Assembly (NCBI GenBank): GCA_964057225.1
Contig: OZ059895.1
Span: forward strand, 2,356,001-2,420,000
Direction: 5' to 3'
From: Auanema rhodensis
Taxonomy: Eukaryota; Animalia; Nematoda
DNA length: 64,000 nt
Positions 40,901 through 55,814 of this stretch are shown in pieces (positions within the stretch are counted from its first letter, which is position 1; every line of letters begins with the position of its first letter). A program made the translations under genes and the position numbers. The notes under the pieces were generated by a model, which did no database searches, was not told the origin of the DNA, and saw nothing but the letters and a program-made list of their open reading frames with translations.

Positions 40901-43900
40901 CACTTATATCCTCGATTTTCACCCTGAAGAATTAATTTTTTCGTTGAATAACATTGTCCATCGTCTTTGCCTTGAAAAAAGGAATCTAAAAACATCTACT
41001 TTTTGCTAAATTATTTTGAAATTTTTGGAAAAAATTTTTGTCAAAATGTTTTTGGAAGCAATGTTGAGTGTACATGGAAACTCAACATACACTAATGCAT
41101 CATTTTTCAAACAATCATAACTAATTTGTGTATTAAGCGTTTCTCAATGTAGTATAGTGCATTCGATGCGGATTTTTAAGCTGCGTCGATCTGTGTTATC
41201 AGATTTGCGCTAGCTTAAAAATGCACCGAGATATCAACTGATATAAGTTCACACTTATATCCTCGATTTTCACCCTGAAGAATTAATTTTTTCGTTGAAT
41301 AACATTGTCCATCGTCTTTGCCTGGAAAAATGGAATCTAAAAACATCTACTTTTTGCTAAATTATTTTGAAATTTTTCGAAAAAATTTTTGTCAAAATGT
41401 TTTTGGAAGCAATGTTGAGTGTACATGGAAACTCAACATACACTAATGCATCATTTTTCAAACAATCATAACTAATTTGTGTATTAAGCGTTTCTCAATG
41501 TAGTATAGTGCATTCGATGCGGATTTTTAAGCTGCGTCGATCTGTGTTATCAGATTTGCGCTAGCTTAAAAATGCACCGAGATATCAACTGCTATAAGTT
41601 CACACTTATATCCTCGATTTTCACCCTGAAGAATTAATTTTTTCGTTGAATAACATTGTCCATCGTCTTTGCCTTGAAAAAAGGAATCTAAAAACATCTA
41701 CTTTTTGCTAAATTATTTTGAAATTTTTGGAAAAAATTTTTGTCAAAATGTTTTTGGAAGCAATGTTGAGTGTACATGGAAACTCAACATACACTAATGC
41801 ATCATTTTTCAAACGATCATAACTAATTTTTGTATTAAGCGTTTCTCAATGTAGTATAGTGCATTCGATGCGGATTTTTAAGCTGCGTCGATCTGTGTTA
41901 TCAGATTTGCGCTAGCTTAAAAATGCACCGAGATATCAACTGATATAAGTTCACACTTATATCCTCGATTTTCACCCTGAAGAATTAATTTTTTCGTTGA
42001 ATAGCATTGTCCATCGTCTTTGCCTTGAAAAAAGAAATCTAAAAACATCTACTTTTTGCTAAATTATTCTGAAATTTTTCGAAAAAATTTTTGTCAAAAT
42101 GTTTTTGGAAGCAATGTTGAGTGTACATGGAAACTCAACATACACTAATGCATCATTTTTCAAACGATCATAACTAATTTTTGTATCAAGCGTTTCTCAA
42201 TGTAGTATAGTGCATTCGATGCGGATTTTTAAGCTGCGTCGATCTGTGTTATCAGATTTGCGCTAGCTTAAAAATGCACCGAGATATCAACTGCTATAAG
42301 TTCACACTTATATCCTCGATTTTCACCCTGAAGAATTAATTTTTTCGTTGAATAACATTGTCCATCGTCTTTGCCTTGAAAAAAGGAATCTAAAAACATC
42401 TACTTTTTGCTAAATTATTTTGAAATTTTTGGAAAAAATTTTTGTCAAAATGTTTTTGGAAGCAATGTTGAGTGTACATGGAAACTCAACATACACTAAT
42501 GCATCATTTTTCAAACAATCATAACTAATTTGTGTATTAAGCGTTTCTCAATGTAGTATAGTGCATTCGATGCGGATTTTTAAGCTGCGTCGATCTGTGT
42601 TATCAGATTTGCGCTAGCTTAAAAATGCACCGAGATATCAACTGATATAAGTTCACACTTATATCCTCGATTTTCACCCTGAAGAATTAATTTTTTCGTT
42701 GAATAACATTGTCCATCGTCTTTGCCTGGAAAAATGGAATCTAAAAACATCTACTTTTTGCTAAATTATTTTGAAATTTTTCGAAAAAATTTTTGTCAAA
42801 ATGTTTTTGGAAGCAATGTTGAGTGTACATGGAAACTCAACATACACTAATGCATCATTTTTCAAACAATCATAACTAATTTGTGTATTAAGCGTTTCTC
42901 AATGTAGTATAGTGCATTCGATGCGGATTTTTAAGCTGCGTCGATCTGTGTTATCAGATTTGCGCTAGCTTAAAAATGCACCGAGATATCAACTGCTATA
43001 AGTTCACACTTATATCCTCGATTTTCACCCTGAAGAATTAATTTTTTCGTTGAATAACATTGTCCATCGTCTTTGCCTTGAAAAAAGGAATCTAAAAACA
43101 TCTACTTTTTGCTAAATTATTTTGAAATTTTTGGAAAAAATTTTTGTCAAAATGTTTTTGGAAGCAATGTTGAGTGTACATGGAAACTCAACATACACTA
43201 ATGCATCATTTTTCAAACGATCATAACTAATTTTTGTATTAAGCGTTTCTCAATGTAGTATAGTGCATTCGATGCGGATTTTTAAGCTGCGTCGATCTGT
43301 GTTATCAGATTTGCGCTAGCTTAAAAATGCACCGAGATATCAACTGATATAAGTTCACACTTATATCCTCGATTTTCACCCTGAAGAATTAATTTTTTCG
43401 TTGAATAGCATTGTCCATCGTCTTTGCCTTGAAAAAAGAAATCTAAAAACATCTACTTTTTGCTAAATTATTCTGAAATTTTTCGAAAAAATTTTTGTCA
43501 AAATGTTTTTGGAAGCAATGTTGAGTGTACATGGAAACTCAACATACACTAATGCATCATTTTTCAAACGATCATAACTAATTTTTGTATCAAGCGTTTC
43601 TCAATGTAGTATAGTGCATTCGATGCGGATTTTTAAGCTGCGTCGATCTGTGTTATCAGATTTGCGCTAGCTTAAAAATGCACCGAGATATCAACTGCTA
43701 TAAGTTCACACTTATATCCTCGATTTTCACCCTGAAGAATTAATTTTTTCGTTGAATAACATTGTCCATCGTCTTTACCTTGAAAAAAGGAATCTAAAAA
43801 CATCTACTTTTTGCTAAATTATTTTGAAATTTTTGGAAAAAATTTTTGTCAAAATGTTTTTGGAAGCAATGTTGAGTGTACATGGAAACTCAACATACAC

Positions 43901-46900
43901 TAATGCATCATTTTTCAAACGATCATAACTAATTTTTGTATTGAGCGTTTCTCAATGTAGTATAGTGCATTCGATGCGGATTTTTAAGCTGCGTCGATCT
44001 GTGTTATCAGATTTGCGCTAGCTTAAAAATGCACCGAGATATCAACTGATATAAGTTCACACTTATATCCTCGATTTTCACCCTGAAGAATTAATTTTTT
44101 CGTTGAATAGCATTGTCCATCGTCTTTGCCTTGAAAAAAGAAATCTAAAAACATCTACTTTTTGCTAAATTATTCTGAAATTTTTCGAAAAAATTTTTGT
44201 CAAAATGTTTTTGGAAGCAATGTTGAGTGTACATGGAAACTCAACATACACTAATGCATCATTTTTCAAACGATCATAACTAATTTTTGTATTAAGCGTT
44301 TCTCAATGTAGTATAGTGCATTCGATGCGGATTTTTAAGCTGCGTCGATCTGTGTTATCAGATTTGCGCTAGCTTAAAAATGCACCGAGATATCAACTGA
44401 TATAAGTTCACACTTATATCCTCGATTTTCACCCTGAAGAATTAATTTTTTCGTTGAATAACATTGTCCATCGTCTTTGCCTGGAAAAATGGAATCTAAA
44501 AACATCTATTTTTTGCTAAATTATTTTGAAATTTTTCGAAAAAATTTTTGTCAAAATGTTTTTGGAAGCAATGTTGAGTGTACATGGAAACTCAACATAC
44601 ACTAATGCATCATTTTTCAAACAATCATAACTAATTTGTGTATTAAGCGTTTCTCAATGTAGTATAGTGCATTCGATGCGGATTTTTAAGCTGCGTCGAT
44701 CTGTGTTATCAGATTTGCGCTAGCTTAAAAATGCACCGAGATATCAACTGATATAAGTTCACACTTATATCCTCGATTTTCACCCTGAAGAATTAATTTT
44801 TTCGTTGAATAACATTGTCCATCGTCTTTGCCTGGAAAAATGGAATCTAAAAACATCTACTTTTTGCTAAATTATTTTGAAATTTTTCGAAAAAATTTTT
44901 GTCAAAATGTTTTTGGAAGCAATGTTGAGTGTACATGGAAACTCAACATACACTAATGCATCATTTTTCAAACAATCATAACTAATTTGTGTATTAAGCG
45001 TTTCTCAATGTAGTATAGTGCATTCGATGCGGATTTTTAAGCTGCGTCGATCTGTGTTATCAGATTTGCGCTAGCTTAAAAATGCACCGAGATATCAACT
45101 GCTATAAGTTCACACTTATATCCTCGATTTTCACCCTGAAGAATTAATTTTTTCGTTGAATAACATTGTCCATCGTCTTTGCCTTGAAAAAAGGAATCTA
45201 AAAACATCTACTTTTTGCTAAATTATTTTGAAATTTTTGGAAAAAATTTTTGTCAAAATGTTTTTGGAAGCAATGTTGAGTGTACATGGAAACTCAACAT
45301 ACACTAATGCATCATTTTTCAAACAATCATAACTAATTTGTGTATTAAGCGTTTCTCAATGTAGTATAGTGCATTCGATGCGGATTTTTAAGCTGCGTCG
45401 ATCTGTGTTATCAGATTTGCGCTAGCTTAAAAATGCACCGAGATATCAACTGATATAAGTTCACACTTATATCCTCGATTTTCACCCTGAAGAATTAATT
45501 TTTTCGTTGAATAACATTGTCCATCGTCTTTGCCTGGAAAAATGGAATCTAAAAACATCTACTTTTTGCTAAATTATTTTGAAATTTTTCGAAAAAATTT
45601 TTGTCAAAATGTTTTTGGAAGCAATGTTGAGTGTACATGGAAACTCAACATACACTAATGCATCATTTTTCAAACAATCATAACTAATTTGTGTATTAAG
45701 CGTTTCTCAATGTAGTATAGTGCATTCGATGCGGATTTTTAAGCTGCGTCGATCTGTGTTATCAGATTTGCGCTAGCTTAAAAATGCACCGAGATATCAA
45801 CTGCTATAAGTTCACACTTATATCCTCGATTTTCACCCTGAAGAATTAATTTTTTCGTTGAATAACATTGTCCATCGTCTTTGCCTTGAAAAAAGGAATC
45901 TAAAAACATCTACTTTTTGCTAAATTATTTTGAAATTTTTGGAAAAAATTTTTGTCAAAATGTTTTTGGAAGCAATGTTGAGTGTACATGGAAACTCAAC
46001 ATACACTAATGCATCATTTTTCAAACGATCATAACTAATTTTTGTATTAAGCGTTTCTCAATGTAGTATAGTGCATTCGATGCGGATTTTTAAGCTGCGT
46101 CGATCTGTGTTATCAGATTTGCGCTAGCTTAAAAATGCACCGAGATATCAACTGCTATAAGTTCACACTTATATCCTCGATTTTCACCCTGAAGAATTAA
46201 TTTTTTCGTTGAATAACATTGTCCATCGTCTTTGCCTGGAAAAATGGAATCTAAAAACATCTACTTTTTGCTAAATTATTTTGAAATTTTTCGAAAAAAT
46301 TTTTGTCAAAATGTTTTTGGAAGCAATGTTGAGTGTACATGGAAACTCAACATACACTAATGCATCATTTTTCCAACAATCATAACTAATTTGTGTATTA
46401 AGCGTTTCTCAATGTAGTATAGTGCATTCGATGCGGATTTTTAAGCTGCGTCGATCTGTGTTATCAGATTTGCGCTAGCTTAAAAATGCACCGAGATATC
46501 AACTGCTATAAGTTCACACTTATATCCTCGATTTTCACCCTGAAGAATTAATTTTTTCGTTGAATAACATTGTCCATCGTCTTTGCCTTGAAAAAAGGAA
46601 TCTAAAAACATCTACTTTTTGCTAAATTATTTTGAAATTTTTGGAAAAAATTTTTGTCAAAATGTTTTTGGAAGCAATGTTGAGTGTACATGGAAACTCA
46701 ACATACACTAATGCATCATTTTTCAAACAATCATAACTAATTTGTGTATTAAGCGTTTCTCAATGTAGTATAGTGCATTCGATGCGGATTTTTAAGCTGC
46801 GTCGATCTGTGTTATCAGATTTGCGCTAGCTTAAAAATGCACCGAGATATCAACTGCTATAAGTTCACACTTATATCCTCGATTTTCACCCTGAAGAATT

Positions 46901-49900
46901 AATTTTTTCGTTGAATAACATTGTCCATCGTCTTTGCCTTGAAAAAAGGAATCTAAAAACATCTACTTTTTGCTAAATTATTTTGAAATTTTTGGAAAAA
47001 ATTTTTGTCAAAATGTTTTTGGAAGCAATGTTGAGTGTACATGGAAACTCAACATACACTAATGCATCATTTTTCAAACGATCATAACTAATTTTTGTAT
47101 TAAGCGTTTCTCAATGTAGTATAGTGCATTCGATGCGGATTTTTAAGCTGCGTCGATCTGTGTTATCAGATTTGCGCTAGCTTAAAAATGCACCGAGATA
47201 TCAACTGCTATAAGTTCACACTTATATCCTCGATTTTCACCCTGAAGAATTAATTTTTTCGTTGAATAACATTGTCCATCGTCTTTGCCTTAAAAAAAGG
47301 AATCTAAAAACATCTACTTTTTGCTAAATTATTTTGAAATTTTTCGAAAAAATTTTTGTCAAAATGTTTTTGGAAGCAATGTTGAGTGTACATGGAAACT
47401 CAACATACACTAATGCATCATTTTTCAAACGATCATAACTAATTTTTGTATTAAGCGTTTCTCAATGTAGTATAGTGCATTCGATGCGGATTTTTAAGCT
47501 GCGTCGATCTGTGTTATCAGATTTGCGCTAGCTTAAAAATGCACCGAGATATCAACTGCTATAAGTTCACACTTATATCCTCGATTTTCACCCTGAAGAA
47601 TTAATTTTTTCGTTGAATAACATTGTCCATCGTCTTTGCCTGGAAAAATGGAATCTAAAAACATCTACTTTTTGCTAAATTATTTTGAAATTTTTCGAAA
47701 AAATTTTTGTCAAAATGTTTTTGGAAGCAATGTTGAGTGTACATGGAAACTCAACATACACTAATGCATCATTTTTCCAACAATCATAACTAATTTGTGT
47801 ATTAAGCGTTTCTCAATGTAGTATAGTGCATTCGATGCGGATTTTTAAGCTGCGTCGATCTGTGTTATCAGATTTGCGCTAGCTTAAAAATGCACCGAGA
47901 TATCAACTGCTATAAGTTCACACTTATATCCTCGATTTTCACCCTGAAGAATTAATTTTTTCGTTGAATAACATTGTCCATCGTCTTTGCCTTGAAAAAA
48001 GGAATCTAAAAACATCTACTTTTTGCTAAATTATTTTGAAATTTTTGGAAAAAATTTTTGTCAAAATGTTTTTGGAAGCAATGTTGAGTGTACATGGAAA
48101 CTCAACATACACTAATGCATCATTTTTCAAACAATCATAACTAATTTGTGTATTAAGCGTTTCTCAATGTAGTATAGTGCATTCGATGCGGATTTTTAAG
48201 CTGCGTCGATCTGTGTTATCAGATTTGCGCTAGCTTAAAAATGCACCGAGATATCAACTGCTATAAGTTCACACTTATATCCTCGATTTTCACCCTGAAG
48301 AATTAATTTTTTCGTTGAATAACATTGTCCATCGTCTTTGCCTTGAAAAAAGGAATCTAAAAACATCTACTTTTTGCTAAATTATTTTGAAATTTTTGGA
48401 AAAAATTTTTGTCAAAATGTTTTTGGAAGCAATGTTGAGTGTACATGGAAACTCAACATACACTAATGCATCATTTTTCAAACGATCATAACTAATTTTT
48501 GTATTAAGCGTTTCTCAATGTAGTATAGTGCATTCGATGCGGATTTTTAAGCTGCGTCGATCTGTGTTATCAGATTTGCGCTAGCTTAAAAATGCACCGA
48601 GATATCAACTGATATAAGTTCACACTTATATCCTCGATTTTCACCCTGAAGAATTAATTTTTTCGTTGAATAGCATTGTCCATCGTCTTTGCCTTGAAAA
48701 AAGAAATCTAAAAACATCTACTTTTTGCTAAATTATTCTGAAATTTTTCGAAAAAATTTTTGTCAAAATGTTTTTGGAAGCAATGTTGAGTGTACATGGA
48801 AACTCAACATACACTAATGCATCATTTTTCAAACGATCATAACTAATTTTTGTATCAAGCGTTTCTCAATGTAGTATAGTGCATTCGATGCGGATTTTTA
48901 AGCTGCGTCGATCTGTGTTATCAGATTTGCGCTAGCTTAAAAATGCACCGAGATATCAACTGCTATAAGTTCACACTTATATCCTCGATTTTCACCCTGA
49001 AGAATTAATTTTTTCGTTGAATAACATTGTCCATCGTCTTTGCCTTGAAAAAAGGAATCTAAAAACATCTACTTTTTGCTAAATTATTTTGAAATTTTTG
49101 GAAAAAATTTTTGTCAAAATGTTTTTGGAAGCAATGTTGAGTGTACATGGAAACTCAACATACACTAATGCATCATTTTTCAAACGATCATAACTAATTT
49201 TTGTATTAAGCGTTTCTCAATGTAGTATAGTGCATTCGATGCGGATTTTTAAGCTGCGTCGATCTGTGTTATCAGATTTGCGCTAGCTTAAAAATGCACC
49301 GAGATATCAACTGATATAAGTTCACACTTATATCCTCGATTTTCACCCTGAAGAATTAATTTTTTCGTTGAATAGCATTGTCCATCGTCTTTGCCTTGAA
49401 AAAAGAAATCTAAAAACATCTACTTTTTGCTAAATTATTCTGAAATTTTTCGAAAAAATTTTTGTCAAAATGTTTTTGGAAGCAATGTTGAGTGTACATG
49501 GAAACTCAACATACACTAATGCATCATTTTTCAAACGATCATAACTAATTTTTGTATCAAGCGTTTCTCAATGTAGTATAGTGCATTCGATGCGGATTTT
49601 TAAGCTGCGTCGATCTGTGTTATCAGATTTGCGCTAGCTTAAAAATGCACCGAGATATCAACTGATATAAGTTCACACATATATCCTCGATTTTCACCCT
49701 GAAGAATTAATTTTTTCGTTGAATAACATTGTCCATCGTCTTTGCCTTGAAAGATGGAATCTAAAAACATCTACTTTTTGCCAAATTATTTTGAAATTTT
49801 TCGAAAAAATTTTTGTCAAAATGTTTTTGGAAGCAATGTTGAGTGTACATGGAAACTCAACATACACTAATGCATCATTTTTCAAACAATCATAACTAAT

Positions 49901-52900
49901 TTGTGTATTAAGCGTTTCTCAATGTAGTATAGTGCATTCGATGCGGATTTTTAAGCTGCGTCGATCTGTGTTATCAGATTTGCGCTAGCTTAAAAATGCA
50001 CCGAGATATCAACTGATATAAGTTCACACTTATATCCTCGATTTTCACCCTGAAGAATTAATTTTTTCGTTGAATAACATTGTCCATCGTCTTTGCCTGG
50101 AAAAATGGAATCTAAAAACATCTACTTTTTGCTAAATTATTTTGAAATTTTTCGAAAAAATTTTTGTCAAAATGTTTTTGGAAGCAATGTTGAGTGTACA
50201 TGGAAACTCAACATACACTAATGCATCATTTTTCAAACAATCATAACTAATTTGTGTATTAAGCGTTTCTCAATGTAGTATAGTGCATTCGATGCGGATT
50301 TTTAAGCTGCGTCGATCTGTGTTATCAGATTTGCGCTAGCTTAAAAATGCACCGAGATATCAACTGCTATAAGTTCACACTTATATCCTCGATTTTCACC
50401 CTGAAGAATTAATTTTTTCGTTGAATAACATTGTCCATCGTCTTTGCCTGGAAAAATGGAATCTAAAAACATCTACTTTTTGCTAAATTATTTTGAAATT
50501 TTTCGAAAAAATTTTTGTCAAAATGTTTTTGGAAGCAATGTTGAGTGTACATGGAAACTCAACATACACTAATGCATCATTTTTCCAACAATCATAACTA
50601 ATTTGTGTATTAAGCGTTTCTCAATGTAGTATAGTGCATTCGATGCGGATTTTTAAGCTGCGTCGATCTGTGTTATCAGATTTGCGCTAGCTTAAAAATG
50701 CACCGAGATATCAACTGCTATAAGTTCACACTTATATCCTCGATTTTCACCCTGAAGAATTAATTTTTTCGTTGAATAACATTGTCCATCGTCTTTGCCT
50801 TGAAAAAAGAAATCTAAAAACATCTACTTTTTGCTAAATTATTTTGAAATTTTTGGAAAAAATTTTTGTCAAAATGTTTTTGGAAGCAATGTTGAGTGTA
50901 CATGGAAACTCAACATACACTAATGCATCATTTTTCAAACGATCATAACTAATTTTTGTATTAAGCGTTTCTCAATGTAGTATAGTGCATTCGATGCGGA
51001 TTTTTAAGCTGCGTCGATCTGTGTTATCAGATTTGCGCTAGCTTAAAAATGCACCGAGATATCAACTGATATAAGTTCACACTTATATCCTCGATTTTCA
51101 CCCTGAAGAATTAATTTTTTCGTTGAATAGCATTGTCCATCGTCTTTGCCTTGAAAAAAGAAATCTAAAAACATCTACTTTTTGCTAAATTATTCTGAAA
51201 TTTTTCGAAAAAATTTTTGTCAAAATGTTTTTGGAAGCAATGTTGAGTGTACATGGAAACTCAACATACACTAATGCATCATTTTTCAAACGATCATAAC
51301 TAATTTTTGTATCAAGCGTTTCTCAATGTAGTATAGTGCATTCGATGCGGATTTTTAAGCTGCGTCGATCTGTGTTATCAGATTTGCGCTAGCTTAAAAA
51401 TGCACCGAGATATCAACTGCTATAAGTTCACACTTATATCCTCGATTTTCACCCTGAAGAATTAATTTTTTCGTTGAATAACATTGTCCATCGTCTTTGC
51501 CTTGAAAAAAGGAATCTAAAAACATCTACTTTTTGCTAAATTATTTTGAAATTTTTGGAAAAAATTTTTGTCAAAATGTTTTTGGAAGCAATGTTGAGTG
51601 TACATGGAAACTCAACATACACTAATGCATCATTTTTCAAACGATCATAACTAATTTTTGTATTAAGCGTTTCTCAATGTAGTATAGTGCATTCGATGCG
51701 GATTTTTAAGCTGCGTCGATCTGTGTTATCAGATTTGCGCTAGCTTAAAAATGCACCGAGATATCAACTGATATAAGTTCACACTTATATCCTCGATTTT
51801 CACCCTGAAGAATTAATTTTTTCGTTGAATAGCATTGTCCATCGTCTTTGCCTTGAAAAAAGAAATCTAAAAACATCTACTTTTTGCTAAATTATTCTGA
51901 AATTTTTCGAAAAAATTTTTGTCAAAATGTTTTTGGAAGCAATGTTGAGTGTACATGGAAACTCAACATACACTAATGCATCATTTTTCAAACGATCATA
52001 ACTAATTTTTGTATCAAGCGTTTCTCAATGTAGTATAGTGCATTCGATGCGGATTTTTAAGCTGCGTCGATCTGTGTTATCAGATTTGCGCTAGCTTAAA
52101 AATGCACCGAGATATCAACTGATATAAGTTCACACATATATCCTCGATTTTCACCCTGAAGAATTAATTTTTTCGTTGAATAACATTGTCCATCGTCTTT
52201 GCCTTGAAAAATGGAATCTAAAAACATCTACTTTTTGCCAAATTATTTTGAAATTTTTCGAAAAAATTTTTGTCAAAATGTTTTTGGAAGCAATGTTGAG
52301 TGTACATGGAAACTCAACATACACTAATGCATCATTTTTCAAACGATCATAACTAATTTTTGTATCAAACGTTTCTCAATGTAGTATAGTGCATTCGATG
52401 CGGATTTTTAAGCTGCGTCGATCTGTGTTATCAGATTTGCGCTAGCTTAAAAATGCACCGAGATATCAACTGATATAAGTTCACACTTATATCCTCGATT
52501 TTCACCCTGAAGAATTAATTTTTTCGTTGAATAACATTGTCCATCGTCTTTGCCTTGAAAAAAGGAATCTAAAAACATCTACTTTTTGCTAAATTATTTT
52601 GAAATGTTTGGAAAAAATTTTTGTCAAAATGTTTTTGGAAGCAATGTTGAGTGTACATGGAAACTCAACATACACTAATGCATCATTTTTCAAACGATCA
52701 TAACTAATTTTTGTATTAAGCGTTTCTCAATGTAGTATAGTGCATTCGATGCGAATTTTTAAGCTGCGTCGATCTGTGTTATCAGATTTGCGCTAGCTTA
52801 AAAATGCACCGAGATATCAACTGATATAAGTTCACACTTATATCCTCGATTTTCACCCTGAAGAATTAATTTTTTCGTTGAATAACATTGTCCATCGTCT

Positions 52901-55814
52901 TTGCCTTGAAAAAAGGAATCTAAAAACATCTACTTTTTGCTAAATTATTTTGAAATTTTTGGAAAAAATTTTTGTCAAAATGTTTTTGGAAGCAATGTTG
53001 AGTGTACATGGAAACTCAACATACACTAATGCATCATTTTTCAAACGATCATAACTAATTTTTGTATTAAGCGTTTCTCAATGTAGTATAGTGCATTCGA
53101 TGCGAATTTTTAAGCTGCGTCGATCTGTGTTATCAGATTTGCGCTAGCTTAAAAATGCACCGAGATATCAACTGATATAAGTTCACACTTATATCCTCGA
53201 TTTTCACCCTGAAGAATTAATTTTTTCGTTGAATAACATTGTCCATCGTCTTTGCCTTGAAAAAAGGAATCTAAAAACATCTACTTTCTGCTAAATTATT
53301 TTGAAATTTTTGGAAAAAATTTTTGTCAAAATGTTTTTGGAAGCAATGTTGAGTGTACATGGAAACTCAACATATACTAATGCATCATTTTTCAAACGAT
53401 CATAACTAATTTTTGTATTAAGCGTTTCTCAATGTAGTATAGTGCATTCGATGCGAATTTTTAAGCTGCGTCGATCTGTGTTATCAGATTTGCGCTAGCT
53501 TAAAAATGCACCGAGATATCAACTGATATAAGTTCACACTTATATCCTCGATTTTCACCCTGAAGAATTAATTTTTTCGTTGAATAGCATTGTCCATCGT
53601 CTTTGCCTTGAAAAAAGAAATCTAAAAACATCTACTTTTTGCTAAATTATTCTGAAATTTTTCGAAAAAATTTTTGTCAAAATGTTTTTGGAAGCAATGT
53701 TGAGTGTACATGGAAACTCAACATACACTAATGCATCATTTTTCAAACGATCATAACTAATTTTTGTATTAAGCGTTTCTCAATGTAGTATAGTGCATTC
53801 GATGCGGATTTTTAAGCTGCGTCGATCTGTGTTATCAGATTTGCGCTAGCTTAAAAATGCACCGAGATATCAACTGATATAAGTTCACACTTATATCCTC
53901 GATTTTCACCCTGAAGAATTAATTTTTTCGTTGAATAGCATTGTCCATCGTCTTTGCCTTGAAAAAAGAAATCTAAAAACATCTACTTTTTGCTAAATTA
54001 TTTTGAAATTTTTCGAAAAAATTTTTGTCAAAATGTTTTTGGAAGCAATGTTGAGTGTACATGGAAACTCAACATACACTAATGCATCATTTTTCAAACG
54101 ATCATAACTAATTTTTGTATCAAGCGTTTCTCAATGTAGTATAGTGCATTCGATGCAGATTTTTAAGCTGCGTCGATCTGTGTTATCAGATTTGCGCTAG
54201 CTTAAAAATGCACCGAGATATCAACTGATATAAGTTCACACTTATATCCTCGATTTTCACCCTGAAGAATTAATTTTTTCGTTGAATAGCATTGTCCATC
54301 GTCTTTGCCTTGAAAAAAGGAATCTAAAAACATCTACTTTTTGCTAAATTATTCTGAAATTTTTCGAAAAAATTTTTGTCAAAATGTTTTTGGAAGCAAT
54401 GTTGAGTGTACATGGAAACTCAACATACACTAATGCATCATTTTTCAAACGATCATAACTAATTTTTGTATTAAGCGTTTCTCAATGTAGTATAGTGCAT
54501 TCGATGCGGATTTTTAAGCTGCGTCGATCTGTGTTATCAGATTTGCGCTAGCTTAAAAATGCACCGAGATATCAACTGATATAAGTTCACACTTATATCC
54601 TCGATTTTCACCCTGAAGAATTAATTTTTTCGTTGAATAGCATTGTCCATCGTCTTTGCCTTGAAAAAAGAAATCTAAAAACATCTACTTTTTGCTAAAT
54701 TATTCTGAAATTTTTCGAAAAAATTTTTGTCAAAATGTTTTTGGAAGCAATGTTGAGTGTACATGGAAACTCAACATACACTAATGCATCATTTTTCAAA
54801 CGATCATAACTAATTTTTGTATCAAGCGTTTCTCAATGTAGTATAGTGCATTCGATGCGGATTTTTAAGCTGCGTCGATCTGTGTTATCAGATTTGCGCT
54901 AGCTTAAAAATGCACCGAGATATCAACTGATATAAGTTCACACATATATCCTCGATTTTCACCCTGAAGAATTAATTTTTTCGTTGAATAACATTGTCCA
55001 TCGTCTTTGCCTTGAAAAATGGAATCTAAAAACATCTACTTTTTGCCAAATTATTTTGAAATTTTTCGAAAAAATTTTTGTCAAAATGTTTTTGGAAGCA
55101 ATGTTGAGTGTACATGGAAACTCAACATACACTAATGCATCATTTTTCAAACGATCATAACTAATTTTTGTATCAAACGTTTCTCAATGTAGTATAGTGC
55201 ATTCGATGCGGATTTTTAAGCTGCGTCGATCTGTGTTATCAGATTTGCGCTAGCTTAAAAATGCACCGAGATATCAACTGATATAAGTTCACACTTATAT
55301 CCTCGATTTTCACCCTGAAGAATTAATTTTTTCGTTGAATAACATTGTCCATCGTCTTTGCCTTGAAAGAAGGAATCTAAAAACATCTACTTTTTGCTAA
55401 ATTATTTTGAAATGTTTGGAAAAAATTTTTGTCAAAATGTTTTTGGAAGCAATGTTGAGTGTACATGGAAACTCAACATACACTAATGCATCATTTTTCA
55501 AACGATCATAACTAATTTTTGTATCAAGCGTTTCTCAATGTAGTATAGTGCATTCGATGCGAATTTTTAAGCTGCGTCGATCTGTGTTATCAGATTTGCG
55601 CTAGCTTAAAAATGCACCGAGATATCAACTGATATAAGTTCACACTTATATCCTCGATTTTCACCCTGAAGAATTAATTTTTTCGTTGAATAACATTGTC
55701 CATCGTCTTTGCCTTGAAAAAAGGAATCTAAAAACATCTACTTTTTGCTAAATTATTTTGAAATTTTTCGAAAAAATTTTTGTCAAAATGTTTTTGGAAG
55801 CAATGTTGAGTGTA

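Noticed and set aside
49694-49885. 63-aa minus-strand ORF (MKNDALV...), repeated at 52151-52342 and 54959-55150
   Set aside because: It exists only because T286C (49782 and its copies) turns a minus-strand TAG into TGG in three related units. The other units have the stop. The composition is rich in K/F/I/N from A/T tracts, with no recognisable domain.
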